A stretch of DNA of 46,081 bases from Chlorobiota bacterium. GTDB taxonomy: Bacteria > Bacteroidota > Bacteroidia > Bacteroidales > F082. Made by a program: the position numbers and the translations under genes. The notes beneath the pieces were generated by a model. The model was not told where the DNA came from. It saw only the letters and a program-made list of their open reading frames with translations, and did no database searches. Positions 28,739-38,068 of the stretch are shown here, piece by piece. The number at the start of each line of letters is the position of its first letter. Position 1 is the first letter of the stretch. The stretch is from positions 1-46,081 of the forward strand of contig JAADID010000175.1 in the NCBI GenBank assembly GCA_013151505.1, given 5' to 3'.

Positions 28739-30190
28739 TTATCCTGTTGGTAAAATTACATAGAATCTGGTCCCTTTTGATTCTTCACTTTCAACCCGGA
28801 TTCTGCCTTTGTGTTTTTCCACAATTTCCTTGGAAATAGCGAGGCCCAGTCCTGTTCCTTCTGTGTGTGTAGTATAAAACGGGTTAAATATATTCTCTAA
28901 AACGTCCTTTGGTATCCCCGTGCCTGTGTCCTCAACGATAATCGTCACCTTCTTGTTTTCCGGGTCGTAAGCTGTTTTAAAAGTAATAACTCCTTTTTGC
29001 GGTATGGCCCGAATGGCATTCAGACCCAGGTTGTGCAAAACGTTCTCTATTTTCTCATTATCGAACGGAAATAAGGGTATGTCTTCCTGTAATTCTTGTC
29101 TGAATTCAATTTTTTTGTTCCGGGTCTGGTTTCTGATAAAAAAGATCAGCGTCCTTATTACGTCGTTTATGTTGTTCATTTCCGGGTTGATGCCGCTGGG
29201 GCGTGAAAATCTCAACATGTTTGTAATGGCATTGTTCACCCGCTCTGCCTGCCGACGGATTTCTTCAAGTATTGGTTTGTTTTCATCTTCCGGTACTTGT
29301 CTGACCAGTATTTCGGCAGCATTGGCAATACCGGTCAGGGGATTTCTGATTTCATGTGCCAGTCTTGAGGCCATCTCGCCGATGGTGGCCATTTTCCTCT
29401 TGTCGTCCAGTTCTTTTTGATGATAAATCTGAAGCTGCTGCTGTGTTTTCTGAAAAGTGTCAACCATTTCGTTAAAGCTCTTTCCAAGCTCAGCAAGTTC
29501 CCTGGATTTTGGGATGGCAATTCGTTCGTTCAGGTTTCCTTTATTTATCCGGTTGATTGTATTGTGAAAACTGTTCAGAGACCTTCTGACTAAGCGGTAA
29601 TGCACCAGAAAGGCAGAAGCCAATACAAGAAAAACGATCATAGCCGAATACCCTAAACTAAAATTCCGCATTAAGGCAATATGCTGGTTTGTCCTTTCCA
29701 AAGTTATATCAAACACAAGCATGCCCAGATATTTTTTGGAAGAGTGGTGGCATTGATAACATTCCGGTGAGTTCCGAAAGCGGATATAAGCCCATAACCC
29801 GGGTTCATTACCATCCTTATAGGACTGTATGTAAGTATCTTCCGGTAATTCGGATATTTTTTTAAACCCTAAAATTTCTCTTGAAAGCGAGTCAGGTCCT
29901 GACAGATAGACGAGGCTGTCATTCGAATTGAATAAGTATAAGCGGTAAAAATATTTGTTTTTTTTAAAACTATCCAGCAACGGATGCAATGCCTTGCCGC
30001 CAACCTGCGAAATTGTTTGCAGGAACTGGGCATGCATTATGCTTAAGCTGCTGTAAATGTCCTCTTCTGCATGTTTGTACATCTCTCTCGACATGTAGCT
30101 GTTAAATAAGAAAAGCGCAAAAAACGACATGGTACTGACCACCAGGAAAATGGTAATACTAATGATCAGTCTGAATGAATACCGCTTCAT
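28739..30190 (-). CDS. Sensor histidine kinase with periplasmic c-type heme motif and HAMP domain
   Basis: Two TM segments flanking NSPECYQCH; HAMP; LAHEIRNPL; DTGTG; GTGLGL. Confidence 0.92.
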   Translation of the reverse strand: MKRYSFRLIISITIFLVVSTMSFFALFLFNSYMSREMYKHAEEDIYSSLSIMHAQFLQTISQVGGKALHPLLDSFKKNKYFYRLYLFNSNDSLVYLSGPDSLSREILGFKKISELPEDTYIQSYKDGNEPGLWAYIRFRNSPECYQCHHSSKKYLGMLVFDITLERTNQHIALMRNFSLGYSAMIVFLVLASAFLVHYRLVRRSLNSFHNTINRINKGNLNERIAIPKSRELAELGKSFNEMVDTFQKTQQQLQIYHQKELDDKRKMATIGEMASRLAHEIRNPLTGIANAAEILVRQVPEDENKPILEEIRRQAERVNNAITNMLRFSRPSGINPEMNNINDVIRTLIFFIRNQTRNKKIEFRQELQEDIPLFPFDNEKIENVLHNLGLNAIRAIPQKGVITFKTAYDPENKKVTIIVEDTGTGIPKDVLENIFNPFYTTHTEGTGLGLAISKEIVEKHKGRIRVESEESKGTRFYVILPTG

Positions 30191-30205
30191 AATCCTGCTT
30201 TAGAA

Positions 30206-31891
30206 TCAGTATGATTTTCTCCTGTGATTTTTTCCATGGCATTTCAGGGTACACCTGCCTTTATAAGAGCCTAAATCCTCAAAATACAGTTGGCCCATGT
30301 TATTGGGGTGAACAATACCTATATCAAAATTTATCAAATGGGTATTGTTAGTGGTATTCCCCTGTGTACTGCTTATGCCGTGCGGATCATGGCAGGCATT
30401 GCAGGGTGCATCTTCCTCCGTAATATGTTTTTTGTGAACTTTCTCCTGAAAGTTGTTACCCCCACCGATGATCTCATTCCGGTCATGGCACTGATAACAC
30501 AGTTCATAAGCTGAATAGGATTCCGGGGTATAATCCGCCGTCGTATAATTGAACTTCAGTATCTGCGGATAAATTGATCCGTGGGGCCCTGCAGGCGAAC
30601 CGGTTCCGTCGCTGGCGTGGCAATCGGTGCAATAGATCAAACTGCTCTCGGTAAGAGGAGGAATCAGGCTGGGAACATCGGGGTTGGTTCCCGGTCCGGC
30701 GATGGGGTGAAAAGACGGGTTGCCCACGTCGAACTCAAGTCTGACATTGTTCTGTTCGATTTGTCTTGACGTCGGGCTGGCCGGTTTATCGGGGCTATCA
30801 GCATGACATCTGAAACATATTTCGTACTCATATTGCACCGGATCCACATCTCCTCCTGAAAGGTTAATGCCTTTCACACCTTTGTTAAATCCACGGACAT
30901 AAGGAGCATTGGCGCTTGTATTGTTTACTGCATGAGGGTTGTGACAGTCTTCGCACTCAACATGCTTGGTCAAAACCAGCGCTCCCTCCGAAGCATCATG
31001 AATTAGATTATAAGCATAGACATCATGGATATACGCTTTGGTCAATTGAAGCTGAATGTCAGTTGATGCCACATTTCCATTATGGCAATACAGACAATTG
31101 TTCTCCTCAGCCTGATAATTCAACAGTCGTTCGTTAAGTCCGGCATTATGCGGATTATGACAATTCTCGCAGCCATTTTCAGCTACCGTGGTGTAAGGCG
31201 TATGGAACCAGGGATCATTACCCGATCCGTTCCAGGTTGCAGTAGAGTTTCGGTGACTTGATGATATCCAGTAATTCTTGTCGTGACATTGTGTGCACAG
31301 ATTAGAATATTGGGTGGTGATCACAAGAAAATCGGTGTAAATATTTTTATGCGGATCATGGCAGGCCGTACATTGCAATTTATCATTCTCGAGGACAATG
31401 GGCCAGGAGATATTGACAGGATCCACCAATTCGCCGTCGGCAGCAGCCAGGGCAGAATTGTAAACAAACGAAACCGGATGGTCATCAGTCAGGTCGGTTG
31501 TCAGGTTGGTATTTCCGGCAGGCATGACAGTGATACCCCCGCTGAAATCAATTGGCACAGGGCGGCTTAAAACACTTCCCAGCGCTATTGTTCCATCGTG
31601 ACACGAAAGACAAAGTATGGATGAACCGTCGGGCTGACCAATAACTGCCTGCGTGGTTGTGCTGTTATACAACGAATAATTCAAACCCGGATCCTCCCGG
31701 TTCCATAATGGTCCCTTCGGAGCGCTGTTGTGAGGCGTATGACAAAAAATGCATATTTCCGTTTCACTCACTGCTTTGATCTGACCCGGCCCGCTGACCG
31801 ATAAATTGTGAACCGTATTCACAATCGACTGCGAAAACAACCACGCCGGGATCAAAAACAACAGTATTAATTTAATCCTTATCATTATCAT
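30206..31891 (-). CDS. Multiheme cytochrome c with N-terminal OmcE-like domain (11 CxxCH + 1 Cx3CH)
   Basis: HNLS...ICIFCHTPH...PLWNR...CLSCHDG...DLTDDHPVSF followed by further hemes; signal peptide. Confidence 0.9.
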   Translation of the reverse strand: MIMIRIKLILLFLIPAWLFSQSIVNTVHNLSVSGPGQIKAVSETEICIFCHTPHNSAPKGPLWNREDPGLNYSLYNSTTTQAVIGQPDGSSILCLSCHDGTIALGSVLSRPVPIDFSGGITVMPAGNTNLTTDLTDDHPVSFVYNSALAAADGELVDPVNISWPIVLENDKLQCTACHDPHKNIYTDFLVITTQYSNLCTQCHDKNYWISSSHRNSTATWNGSGNDPWFHTPYTTVAENGCENCHNPHNAGLNERLLNYQAEENNCLYCHNGNVASTDIQLQLTKAYIHDVYAYNLIHDASEGALVLTKHVECEDCHNPHAVNNTSANAPYVRGFNKGVKGINLSGGDVDPVQYEYEICFRCHADSPDKPASPTSRQIEQNNVRLEFDVGNPSFHPIAGPGTNPDVPSLIPPLTESSLIYCTDCHASDGTGSPAGPHGSIYPQILKFNYTTADYTPESYSAYELCYQCHDRNEIIGGGNNFQEKVHKKHITEEDAPCNACHDPHGISSTQGNTTNNTHLINFDIGIVHPNNMGQLYFEDLGSYKGRCTLKCHGKNHRRKSY

Positions 31892-32960
31892 TTAAACGTC
31901 CGTTAATAAGTTGAAAAACCTGAATGCGCGAATTATAACTATCTGCAACATAAATAAAATCGTTGTCATCAATGAATATCCCCGTAGGCAGCCAGAATTT
32001 ACCGTCTTTTCTACCCTGCCCGCCAAAATAATACAGGAAGTTACCGTTCTTGTCAAAAATTTGCACGGCATGAAATAAAGCATCAACAATATAAATGTTT
32101 CCAAACGAATCGGTTGCGATTCCTTTAGGCCGTGAAAAATAACCCGTAGCATCACCTATCTCTCCAAACATGCTTATAAACTCCCCCTCGCTGTTCAGTA
32201 TCTGTACCCTGAAGTTCATTGCATCAACTATGTAAACAAGTCCTGATTTGTCAATCCAGAGGAAAGTGGGGAAATTAAATTCAAGCGGGCCGTCGCCTCT
32301 TTTGCCGATATGCCGGATCACCTTGCCCTGTAAATCCAAAACCGTGATCCTGTGCAGGGCGGTTTCCACTACCCAAACTTCATTTTTTAAAGAGGAAAAA
32401 GCAATCCCTGTCGGTTGGTCTAATTTCACCGCAGGACAAAATTCAAGTAATTTGTCTGCACTTTCATCCTTATTCAATTTAAATACTTTATTAAGCCTTG
32501 ATTCGGTAAAAAGCAGGTCGCCCTGCGGCAAAGCACAAATGCCCACCAGTGAAGTATAGTGTTGATGAAACGACTGGGGGATTTCACCCACCCCATCCTG
32601 TACTTTCAACAAACTACCCAGTCCCTGGTCAAGTACCCAGAATGAATCCGGGTTTTCGGCAAAAACGGAAATAGGCTTGCTTAAAACTATTGCCTCCTTC
32701 TTGCCAAAAAAGAACTCTGCTATCCGGTCAACCAGATTAACCTCTACCTTACTTTTCTCCGTTGGGAACTTGGTTACCAGACGTAAACGATTGATCTCAA
32801 CCCCTTTTTGATCATAAATCCCTTCCGTTTCCTGTGCCCTCACCGGTAGAAGAAAAACAAGGTACAAAAGACAAAAAACAACCGCCTTTAAGGATAGTTT
32901 ACGAAAAGAATAAATACTCAAACCGTTCATTTGCTCCATAAAATGGATTTTAAAACTCAT
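31872..32960 (-). CDS. NHL-repeat six-bladed beta-propeller protein (start uncertain)
   Basis: EFNFPT, FSRPKGIA.D, FWLPTGI, VADSYN.RIQVF. Confidence 0.9.
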   Translation of the reverse strand: MSFKIHFMEQMNGLSIYSFRKLSLKAVVFCLLYLVFLLPVRAQETEGIYDQKGVEINRLRLVTKFPTEKSKVEVNLVDRIAEFFFGKKEAIVLSKPISVFAENPDSFWVLDQGLGSLLKVQDGVGEIPQSFHQHYTSLVGICALPQGDLLFTESRLNKVFKLNKDESADKLLEFCPAVKLDQPTGIAFSSLKNEVWVVETALHRITVLDLQGKVIRHIGKRGDGPLEFNFPTFLWIDKSGLVYIVDAMNFRVQILNSEGEFISMFGEIGDATGYFSRPKGIATDSFGNIYIVDALFHAVQIFDKNGNFLYYFGGQGRKDGKFWLPTGIFIDDNDFIYVADSYNSRIQVFQLINGRLNDNDKD

Positions 32961-32987
32961 TACCTGAATCCAGGCTATACAAGATAC

Positions 32988-33003
32988 TTCAATTTTATTG
33001 CCA
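32988..33003 (-). promoter_or_regulatory. Possible sigma-54 promoter variant (TGGCAATAAAATTGAA)
   Basis: TTGGCA-N8-GA spacing just upstream of the first island gene; -12 element non-consensus. Confidence 0.35.
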
Positions 33004-33128
33004 AATATAAGTTATTACCGATAAAATTGACAATAATACGATAAAAGCATTCCCAATTACCCTGTCTGTTATACGGTATAATTGTATTGCAGGTTCTGCC
33101 TTCAGGTACAAAAGAATAATTTTTAAAG

Positions 33129-33905
33129 TTACCCGAAAAATCCCTGAATAATCCCACCGTCATGCGAGAAGGTCTGTCCGGTTACATACCGTGACAGAGG
33201 AGACAACAGCCAAAGGGACAGAGGCGCCATTTCATCGGGGGAAGCCATCTGCCCGACAGGTATTTCATTTTCAAATGCTTGTCTGGCTTCTTCGGTTGTG
33301 ATATTTTCCAACTCGCTTTTCTTGATGAACAGGCGTTCCAGGGCTGCTGTGGAATGATAACCCGGCGCCAGGATATTGGCCGTTATGCCCACGGCGGCAA
33401 CTTCCTGTGAGAGCGTTTTTACAAAGCCCACGACGGCAGGTCGTAAAGCGTTACTGAGAATAAGATTTTTTACGGGCTGCTTTACCGACACGCTTTCGAT
33501 GTAAACCAACCGCCCGTAATGTTGCTTCCTGAAAACGGGTAAAAGCCTTTTTGTAAATCTGATCTTCCATTTTACCACACTGAGCCATGATGCTTCCCAT
33601 TGCTCCATGTTGATCTCATCAAATCCACCCGCAGGCGGTCCTCCCGCATTGATCAACACGCCGGAAAGATTTTTCATGCCTTCCCATCGTGTCACCTTAT
33701 CCTGTGTGCCTTCAAGCGTAATATCCCCCGCAAAGTATTCGATCAGACCGGGAAACTGTTCTTTAAGTTTTTTCAGTTTCTCTTCAGTCCGGCTGACTGC
33801 CAGCACATTTGCACCTTCTTTTGCCAGCGCTTCGGCAATGGCACGCCCGAAACCGCTTCCGGCGCCCGTAACGATGAAGTTCTTATCTTTTATCTGAAAA
33901 TCCAT
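33129..33905 (-). CDS. SDR-family oxidoreductase (start ATG 33905 preferred over 33941)
   Basis: VTGAGSGFG, INAGGPPAG, LSNALR, YVTGQ...DGG. Confidence 0.92.
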   Translation of the reverse strand: MDFQIKDKNFIVTGAGSGFGRAIAEALAKEGANVLAVSRTEEKLKKLKEQFPGLIEYFAGDITLEGTQDKVTRWEGMKNLSGVLINAGGPPAGGFDEINMEQWEASWLSVVKWKIRFTKRLLPVFRKQHYGRLVYIESVSVKQPVKNLILSNALRPAVVGFVKTLSQEVAAVGITANILAPGYHSTAALERLFIKKSELENITTEEARQAFENEIPVGQMASPDEMAPLSLWLLSPLSRYVTGQTFSHDGGIIQGFFG

Positions 33906-34197
33906 GAAACTTTTATTTGACCTCAAATATAAGAAATTCATCCTTCTGGTTTTTCAGACGTATATAGGTTATGATTTTTTTGCCGCGGATGGGTTTTGAA
34001 GCCGAAGAATGAATTCTACGGCTCTGTGTCATTCTATCCCTTCGGGTGAGGGGCTGCCATGAAAATAATGTTCTATGGTTCATCTGCGGATATTTGCGTC
34101 GGATTTTTTGAATTGTTTATCTCAAAAGTTATATTTCCTTGTTTAATCTTAAATCTGCCCGCCTTTTCTCTATTTTTGCCAACCGAATCATACCGGA

Positions 34198-35097
34198 ATG
34201 AAAAAGAACAACCAGATTGTACGAGGAACTATTGCCATCAGCATTTCCGCCATTATGTGGGGATTCGACGGCGTGGTACTTACGCCCCGGTTGTATAACC
34301 TGGATGTTATTTATGTCGTTTTCATTTTACACCTGATCCCATTTGTACTGATGAATGTCATTTTTTTCAGGCAATATGCGCAGATCAGGAATTTTGTCAG
34401 ACAGGATTATATCACATTCACGCTGATAGCCGTTTTCGGCGGGACCCTTGGTACCTATGCCATTGTAAAAGCCTTATTTCTGGTCAATTTTCAACAATTA
34501 TCGGTTGTTGTGTTACTCCAGAAACTGCAACCCATCTTTGCCATTGTACTGGCAGGTCTGCTCCTCGGTGAAAAAATCAGGAAGGATTTTGCGCTATGGG
34601 CTTCCGTGGCAATCGTTGCCAGTTACTTCTTAACATTCGGACTACACCTCCCAAACCTGAATACCGAAAAGAACACCATTCTGGCTGCCCTGTTTGCTTT
34701 GTTGGCTGCTTTCTCATTTGGCAGCTCAACGGTTTTTTCAAAAAAAATATTGCTGAACTATAATTTTATCACAGCCACTTTTTACCGTTATGGTTTTACC
34801 ACACTCATCACCGGGTTAGTTGTTTTAATTGGTGGAAAATTTCACTGGATCTACCAGACTACCGAAACAAACTGGCTTTATTTTATTATCATCGGACTGA
34901 CTACCGGCTCGGGGGCCATCTTTATTTATTATTACGGCTTGCGCCGGGTTAAAGCCATCATTGCTACAATCAGCGAACTCCTGTTTCCCATATCCGCCAT
35001 ACTGTTCGATTACCTGATCAATGGCAGCATCCTCTCCCCTGTCCAGTTGGTCAGCGCTGCCGTAATGGTATTTGCCATCATCAAATTAAACAACTAA
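34198..35097 (+). CDS. DMT/EamA-family transporter
   Basis: About 10 TM in two halves; LQKLQPIF...LLGEK. Confidence 0.9.
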   Translation: MKKNNQIVRGTIAISISAIMWGFDGVVLTPRLYNLDVIYVVFILHLIPFVLMNVIFFRQYAQIRNFVRQDYITFTLIAVFGGTLGTYAIVKALFLVNFQQLSVVVLLQKLQPIFAIVLAGLLLGEKIRKDFALWASVAIVASYFLTFGLHLPNLNTEKNTILAALFALLAAFSFGSSTVFSKKILLNYNFITATFYRYGFTTLITGLVVLIGGKFHWIYQTTETNWLYFIIIGLTTGSGAIFIYYYGLRRVKAIIATISELLFPISAILFDYLINGSILSPVQLVSAAVMVFAIIKLNN

Positions 35098-35235
35098 CGC
35101 TGTGGTGTCCTGTTAACAGGTAAAACAGAAGTTTTTTGGCGAAATCAAAAAAATTTACCTCAACATTAGCCTGTTTTTAAAACTTAAAAAAGATATATCT
35201 TTACACGCTCCTTTTATCAATAAAAATGTGATATT

Positions 35236-35496
35236 ATGTCTGAAGAAATTAAATTGGTTTATACCGGTTCAAGAGCAGAAGGATTATGGGTCCAGGAGAT
35301 TTTAAAAGAAAACGGAATCGGATCAATACTGAAAGATACGCTTTCCTCAAGTGTGCAGGGAGGCTGGGCTGACGGGTCCCCTGAAGATGCACTCCTGATC
35401 TACGTGGAATCTTTTAACTATAAAAAGGCAAAATCTGTTCTTGATGAATATTTTAAAAAGCGTAAACCGCTAAAAAATGACAACGATAATAGTTGA
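35236..35496 (+). CDS. DUF2007-like small protein
   Basis: VYTG...ILKENGI...IYV.....KAK..L pattern. Confidence 0.75.
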   Translation: MSEEIKLVYTGSRAEGLWVQEILKENGIGSILKDTLSSSVQGGWADGSPEDALLIYVESFNYKKAKSVLDEYFKKRKPLKNDNDNS

Positions 35497-36019
35497 TGAC
35501 GGTTTTGAACTCCGGCCGGTAACGCCGGCTTCCGCACAAACTATCTTTAAAAGTATTATACGTTCCGGCGACCATCTTCGCCGGTGGCTGCCTTTTATTG
35601 AAAATACAAAATCAGTCGGCGACACGCGTCGCTTTATCAAAACAACAATCAAGACCCCCTGTCCGAAAAAGGATATGATCTTCGAGATCAGCGTAAACAA
35701 TGTTTTTGCCGGATTGATCAGCCTTAAAGAAATAGACAATCTCAATGCCAAAGCCGAGATCGGTTATTGGCTGGATGTAAACATGACCGGAAAAGGGATC
35801 ATGCAGCGGGCCTGCAAAGCGCTTATCAGTTATTCTTTTGATGAATTGAAATTGAACAGGGTCTGGATCAAAACTGCCGTCGGGAATAAAAAAAGCGCCG
35901 CAATACCGGTTAACCTGGGTTTTTATTTCGAAGGCATCGAAAGAGATGGCGAACTACTGAATGGTAAGTTTCATGACCTTATGGTTTACAGTATGTTAAA
36001 AAACGAATGGAAACAATGA
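35477..36019 (+). CDS. GNAT N-acetyltransferase, RimJ/RimL family
   Basis: AEIGYWL, GKGIM, LNRV, N.KS..IP..LGF..EG. Confidence 0.92.
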   Translation: MTTIIVDDGFELRPVTPASAQTIFKSIIRSGDHLRRWLPFIENTKSVGDTRRFIKTTIKTPCPKKDMIFEISVNNVFAGLISLKEIDNLNAKAEIGYWLDVNMTGKGIMQRACKALISYSFDELKLNRVWIKTAVGNKKSAAIPVNLGFYFEGIERDGELLNGKFHDLMVYSMLKNEWKQ

Positions 36020-36849
36020 TGGAACCCGCATTGCTTAACTATTTTATTTACAATGACGAGTTAAAAGACACCTGCGATTTCAACAGCCGTTTTATTGAAA
36101 AAGGCCCGGGAATATATGAGGTCATCCGGTTTCAGGACGGGAAGCCGCTTTTTCTCGACGAACACATCCGGCGGTTTTTCCAATCGGCAAAATATGAAAA
36201 ACTCCCGCTTGAACTTACTGAAGAACAAATACGGGAACGCATCAAAACATTAATTATAAGCAACCGTGCAAAACAAGGCAACATTTTCTTCGAACTGACG
36301 ATCAACCCGGAAAAAGGCCCTGTTTTTACGGCGTGGGTCATGCCCTCCTATTATCCCTCGAAAGAGGAATTAACAAACGGCGTGGTAATCAAAACCATGA
36401 CCGGAGCACGAAAAAAACCGCATTCAAAAAGGATCAACCTGCCCGTACGTAAAACGGCGGATAAAATAATACAAGGTGAACACGTTGCCGAAGTACTGAT
36501 GATCTCCGACAGCGGGCTGGTCACCGAGGGCAGTCGGTCGAATATCTTTTTTGTAAAAGATACCGCACTTTACACTCCTCCGCTCAAGCTGGTACTTCCC
36601 GGTATAACCCGTTCGGTTATCATCCGTCTGGCCCGGGAAAACGGGATAAAGGTGTTTGAAGAAGACATACGGTTTGACCACATTCAAAGATTTGATTCCT
36701 GCTTTTTGACCAGCACTTCAAGGGACGTCTTGCCTGTCAGGCAGATAGATAAACTCCGCTATTCCGTTTCAAGCCCGGTAATCCGGAAATTAATATCCCT
36801 TTTCGAGGATATGGCTTTTGAATATTTTCTGAATTTTTCGTGGGACTGA
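36007..36849 (+). CDS. Class IV aminotransferase family protein
   Basis: YEVIR, H..RF, TEGSRSNIFFV, LPGITR. Confidence 0.9.
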   Translation: METMMEPALLNYFIYNDELKDTCDFNSRFIEKGPGIYEVIRFQDGKPLFLDEHIRRFFQSAKYEKLPLELTEEQIRERIKTLIISNRAKQGNIFFELTINPEKGPVFTAWVMPSYYPSKEELTNGVVIKTMTGARKKPHSKRINLPVRKTADKIIQGEHVAEVLMISDSGLVTEGSRSNIFFVKDTALYTPPLKLVLPGITRSVIIRLARENGIKVFEEDIRFDHIQRFDSCFLTSTSRDVLPVRQIDKLRYSVSSPVIRKLISLFEDMAFEYFLNFSWD

Positions 36850-36859
36850 CCTGACGGTA

Positions 36860-37960
36860 TTATTCCGAAGCATCATCATAATAGATCCTGTAAATACAAC
36901 CGGCATAATCATCCGAAACATACAGCGCGCCATCCGGCCCCACAGCCACATCGGCCGGACGACCCCAGAAATTCTCGTTTTCGAGCCATCCTTTGGCAAA
37001 AACTTCGTAACGGATTGCTTTGCCATTCTTTACGGTAACAAATGAAACCTGGTATCCTACTTTTTTCGACCGATTCCACGATCCGTGTTCCGCAATGAAT
37101 ATTCCGTTTTTGTATTTGTTTTCAAACATTTCGCCTGTGTAAAAGCACATGCCGAGGGTTGCGCTGTGTGCCTGGATTTCCCATTGAGGCAGAGTAAACC
37201 TGACGCCTTCGGGCCTCTTATTCCAAAATACAGGATCTTTTATATTTTTCCCGTGCAGATACGGAAAACCGAAATGCAATCCCGCCACCGGAGCCCTGTT
37301 CAATTCGTCGGGAGGTATATCATCCCCCATCATATCACGTCCGTTATCGGTAAACCACAATACCCCTGTTTCAGGGTGAAAATCGAATCCGACCGTATTT
37401 CTTACTCCCCGGGCAAATATCTCAAAACCGCTACCATCTTTGTTTATCCGGCAGATTGTCGCATAAACGGGGTTCACGCTGTCACAAACATTACACGCCG
37501 CCCCTACCGGAACATACAGTTTTCCATCCGGCCCGAAACGGATATATTTCCAGCCATGCCATGTGGCCGTGGGGAACCGGTCTGTCACAATCTCCCTGAC
37601 CGGCGAATCGAGGTGTTCAAGGATATCGGGATATTTATAAATGGTCGAAACCGCCCCCACATAAAGGTCACCTTCATAAAAATCAAGTCCTGATGGCATG
37701 TTCAGCCCTGAATCAATGACAATTGCTTTGTTGTTTTGAATGGCATAAACATTGCCGGCATTTCTCGACCCGGCAAACAAGGTACCGTCCGGCGCAAAAG
37801 CCAAAGCCCTTGCATTTTTTACTCCTTTGGCAAAAATTTCAATATGATAATGCTCAGGCAACCTGATGTTTTCAATATAAACAGGCCTCTCCTGTGCCCA
37901 ACCGGATATTCCCGGCCCGAAGACAAACAAAAGACACTGAAACCAAATAATCGTTTTCAT
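36860..37960 (-). CDS. Sorbosone/PQQ-dependent sugar dehydrogenase family beta-propeller (start ATG 37960 preferred)
   Basis: HGWKYIRFGPDG, GVRN.VGFD, DNGRD, AEHGSWNR, GRPADV...DGALYVSDD. Confidence 0.9.
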   Translation of the reverse strand: MKTIIWFQCLLFVFGPGISGWAQERPVYIENIRLPEHYHIEIFAKGVKNARALAFAPDGTLFAGSRNAGNVYAIQNNKAIVIDSGLNMPSGLDFYEGDLYVGAVSTIYKYPDILEHLDSPVREIVTDRFPTATWHGWKYIRFGPDGKLYVPVGAACNVCDSVNPVYATICRINKDGSGFEIFARGVRNTVGFDFHPETGVLWFTDNGRDMMGDDIPPDELNRAPVAGLHFGFPYLHGKNIKDPVFWNKRPEGVRFTLPQWEIQAHSATLGMCFYTGEMFENKYKNGIFIAEHGSWNRSKKVGYQVSFVTVKNGKAIRYEVFAKGWLENENFWGRPADVAVGPDGALYVSDDYAGCIYRIYYDDASE

Positions 37961-38068
37961 AAGCAGTAAACTGATTTTTCCAAAGATAACAAAACTATGA
38001 CAGATTTTCATCGGGAATTACTCTCTATTTTTGTACATTTACTCGTTTTTTACAAATCAAAAGAGCAG

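Noticed and set aside
15190..32960. Cytochrome island as a mobile element
   Set aside because: No integrase, transposase, tRNA or flanking direct repeats seen
33983..34090. Riboswitch upstream of the EamA transporter (CCGCGGATG/CATCTGCGG pairing, UUCG loop)
   Set aside because: No known aptamer consensus recognised, and a TATTTTTG box at 34171-34178 suggests transcription starts downstream; an Rfam scan would settle it
37961..38068. Overlapping starts of divergent ORFs at 38011 and 37997
   Set aside because: Later starts (37960 and 38069) give proper signal peptides and leave room for promoters
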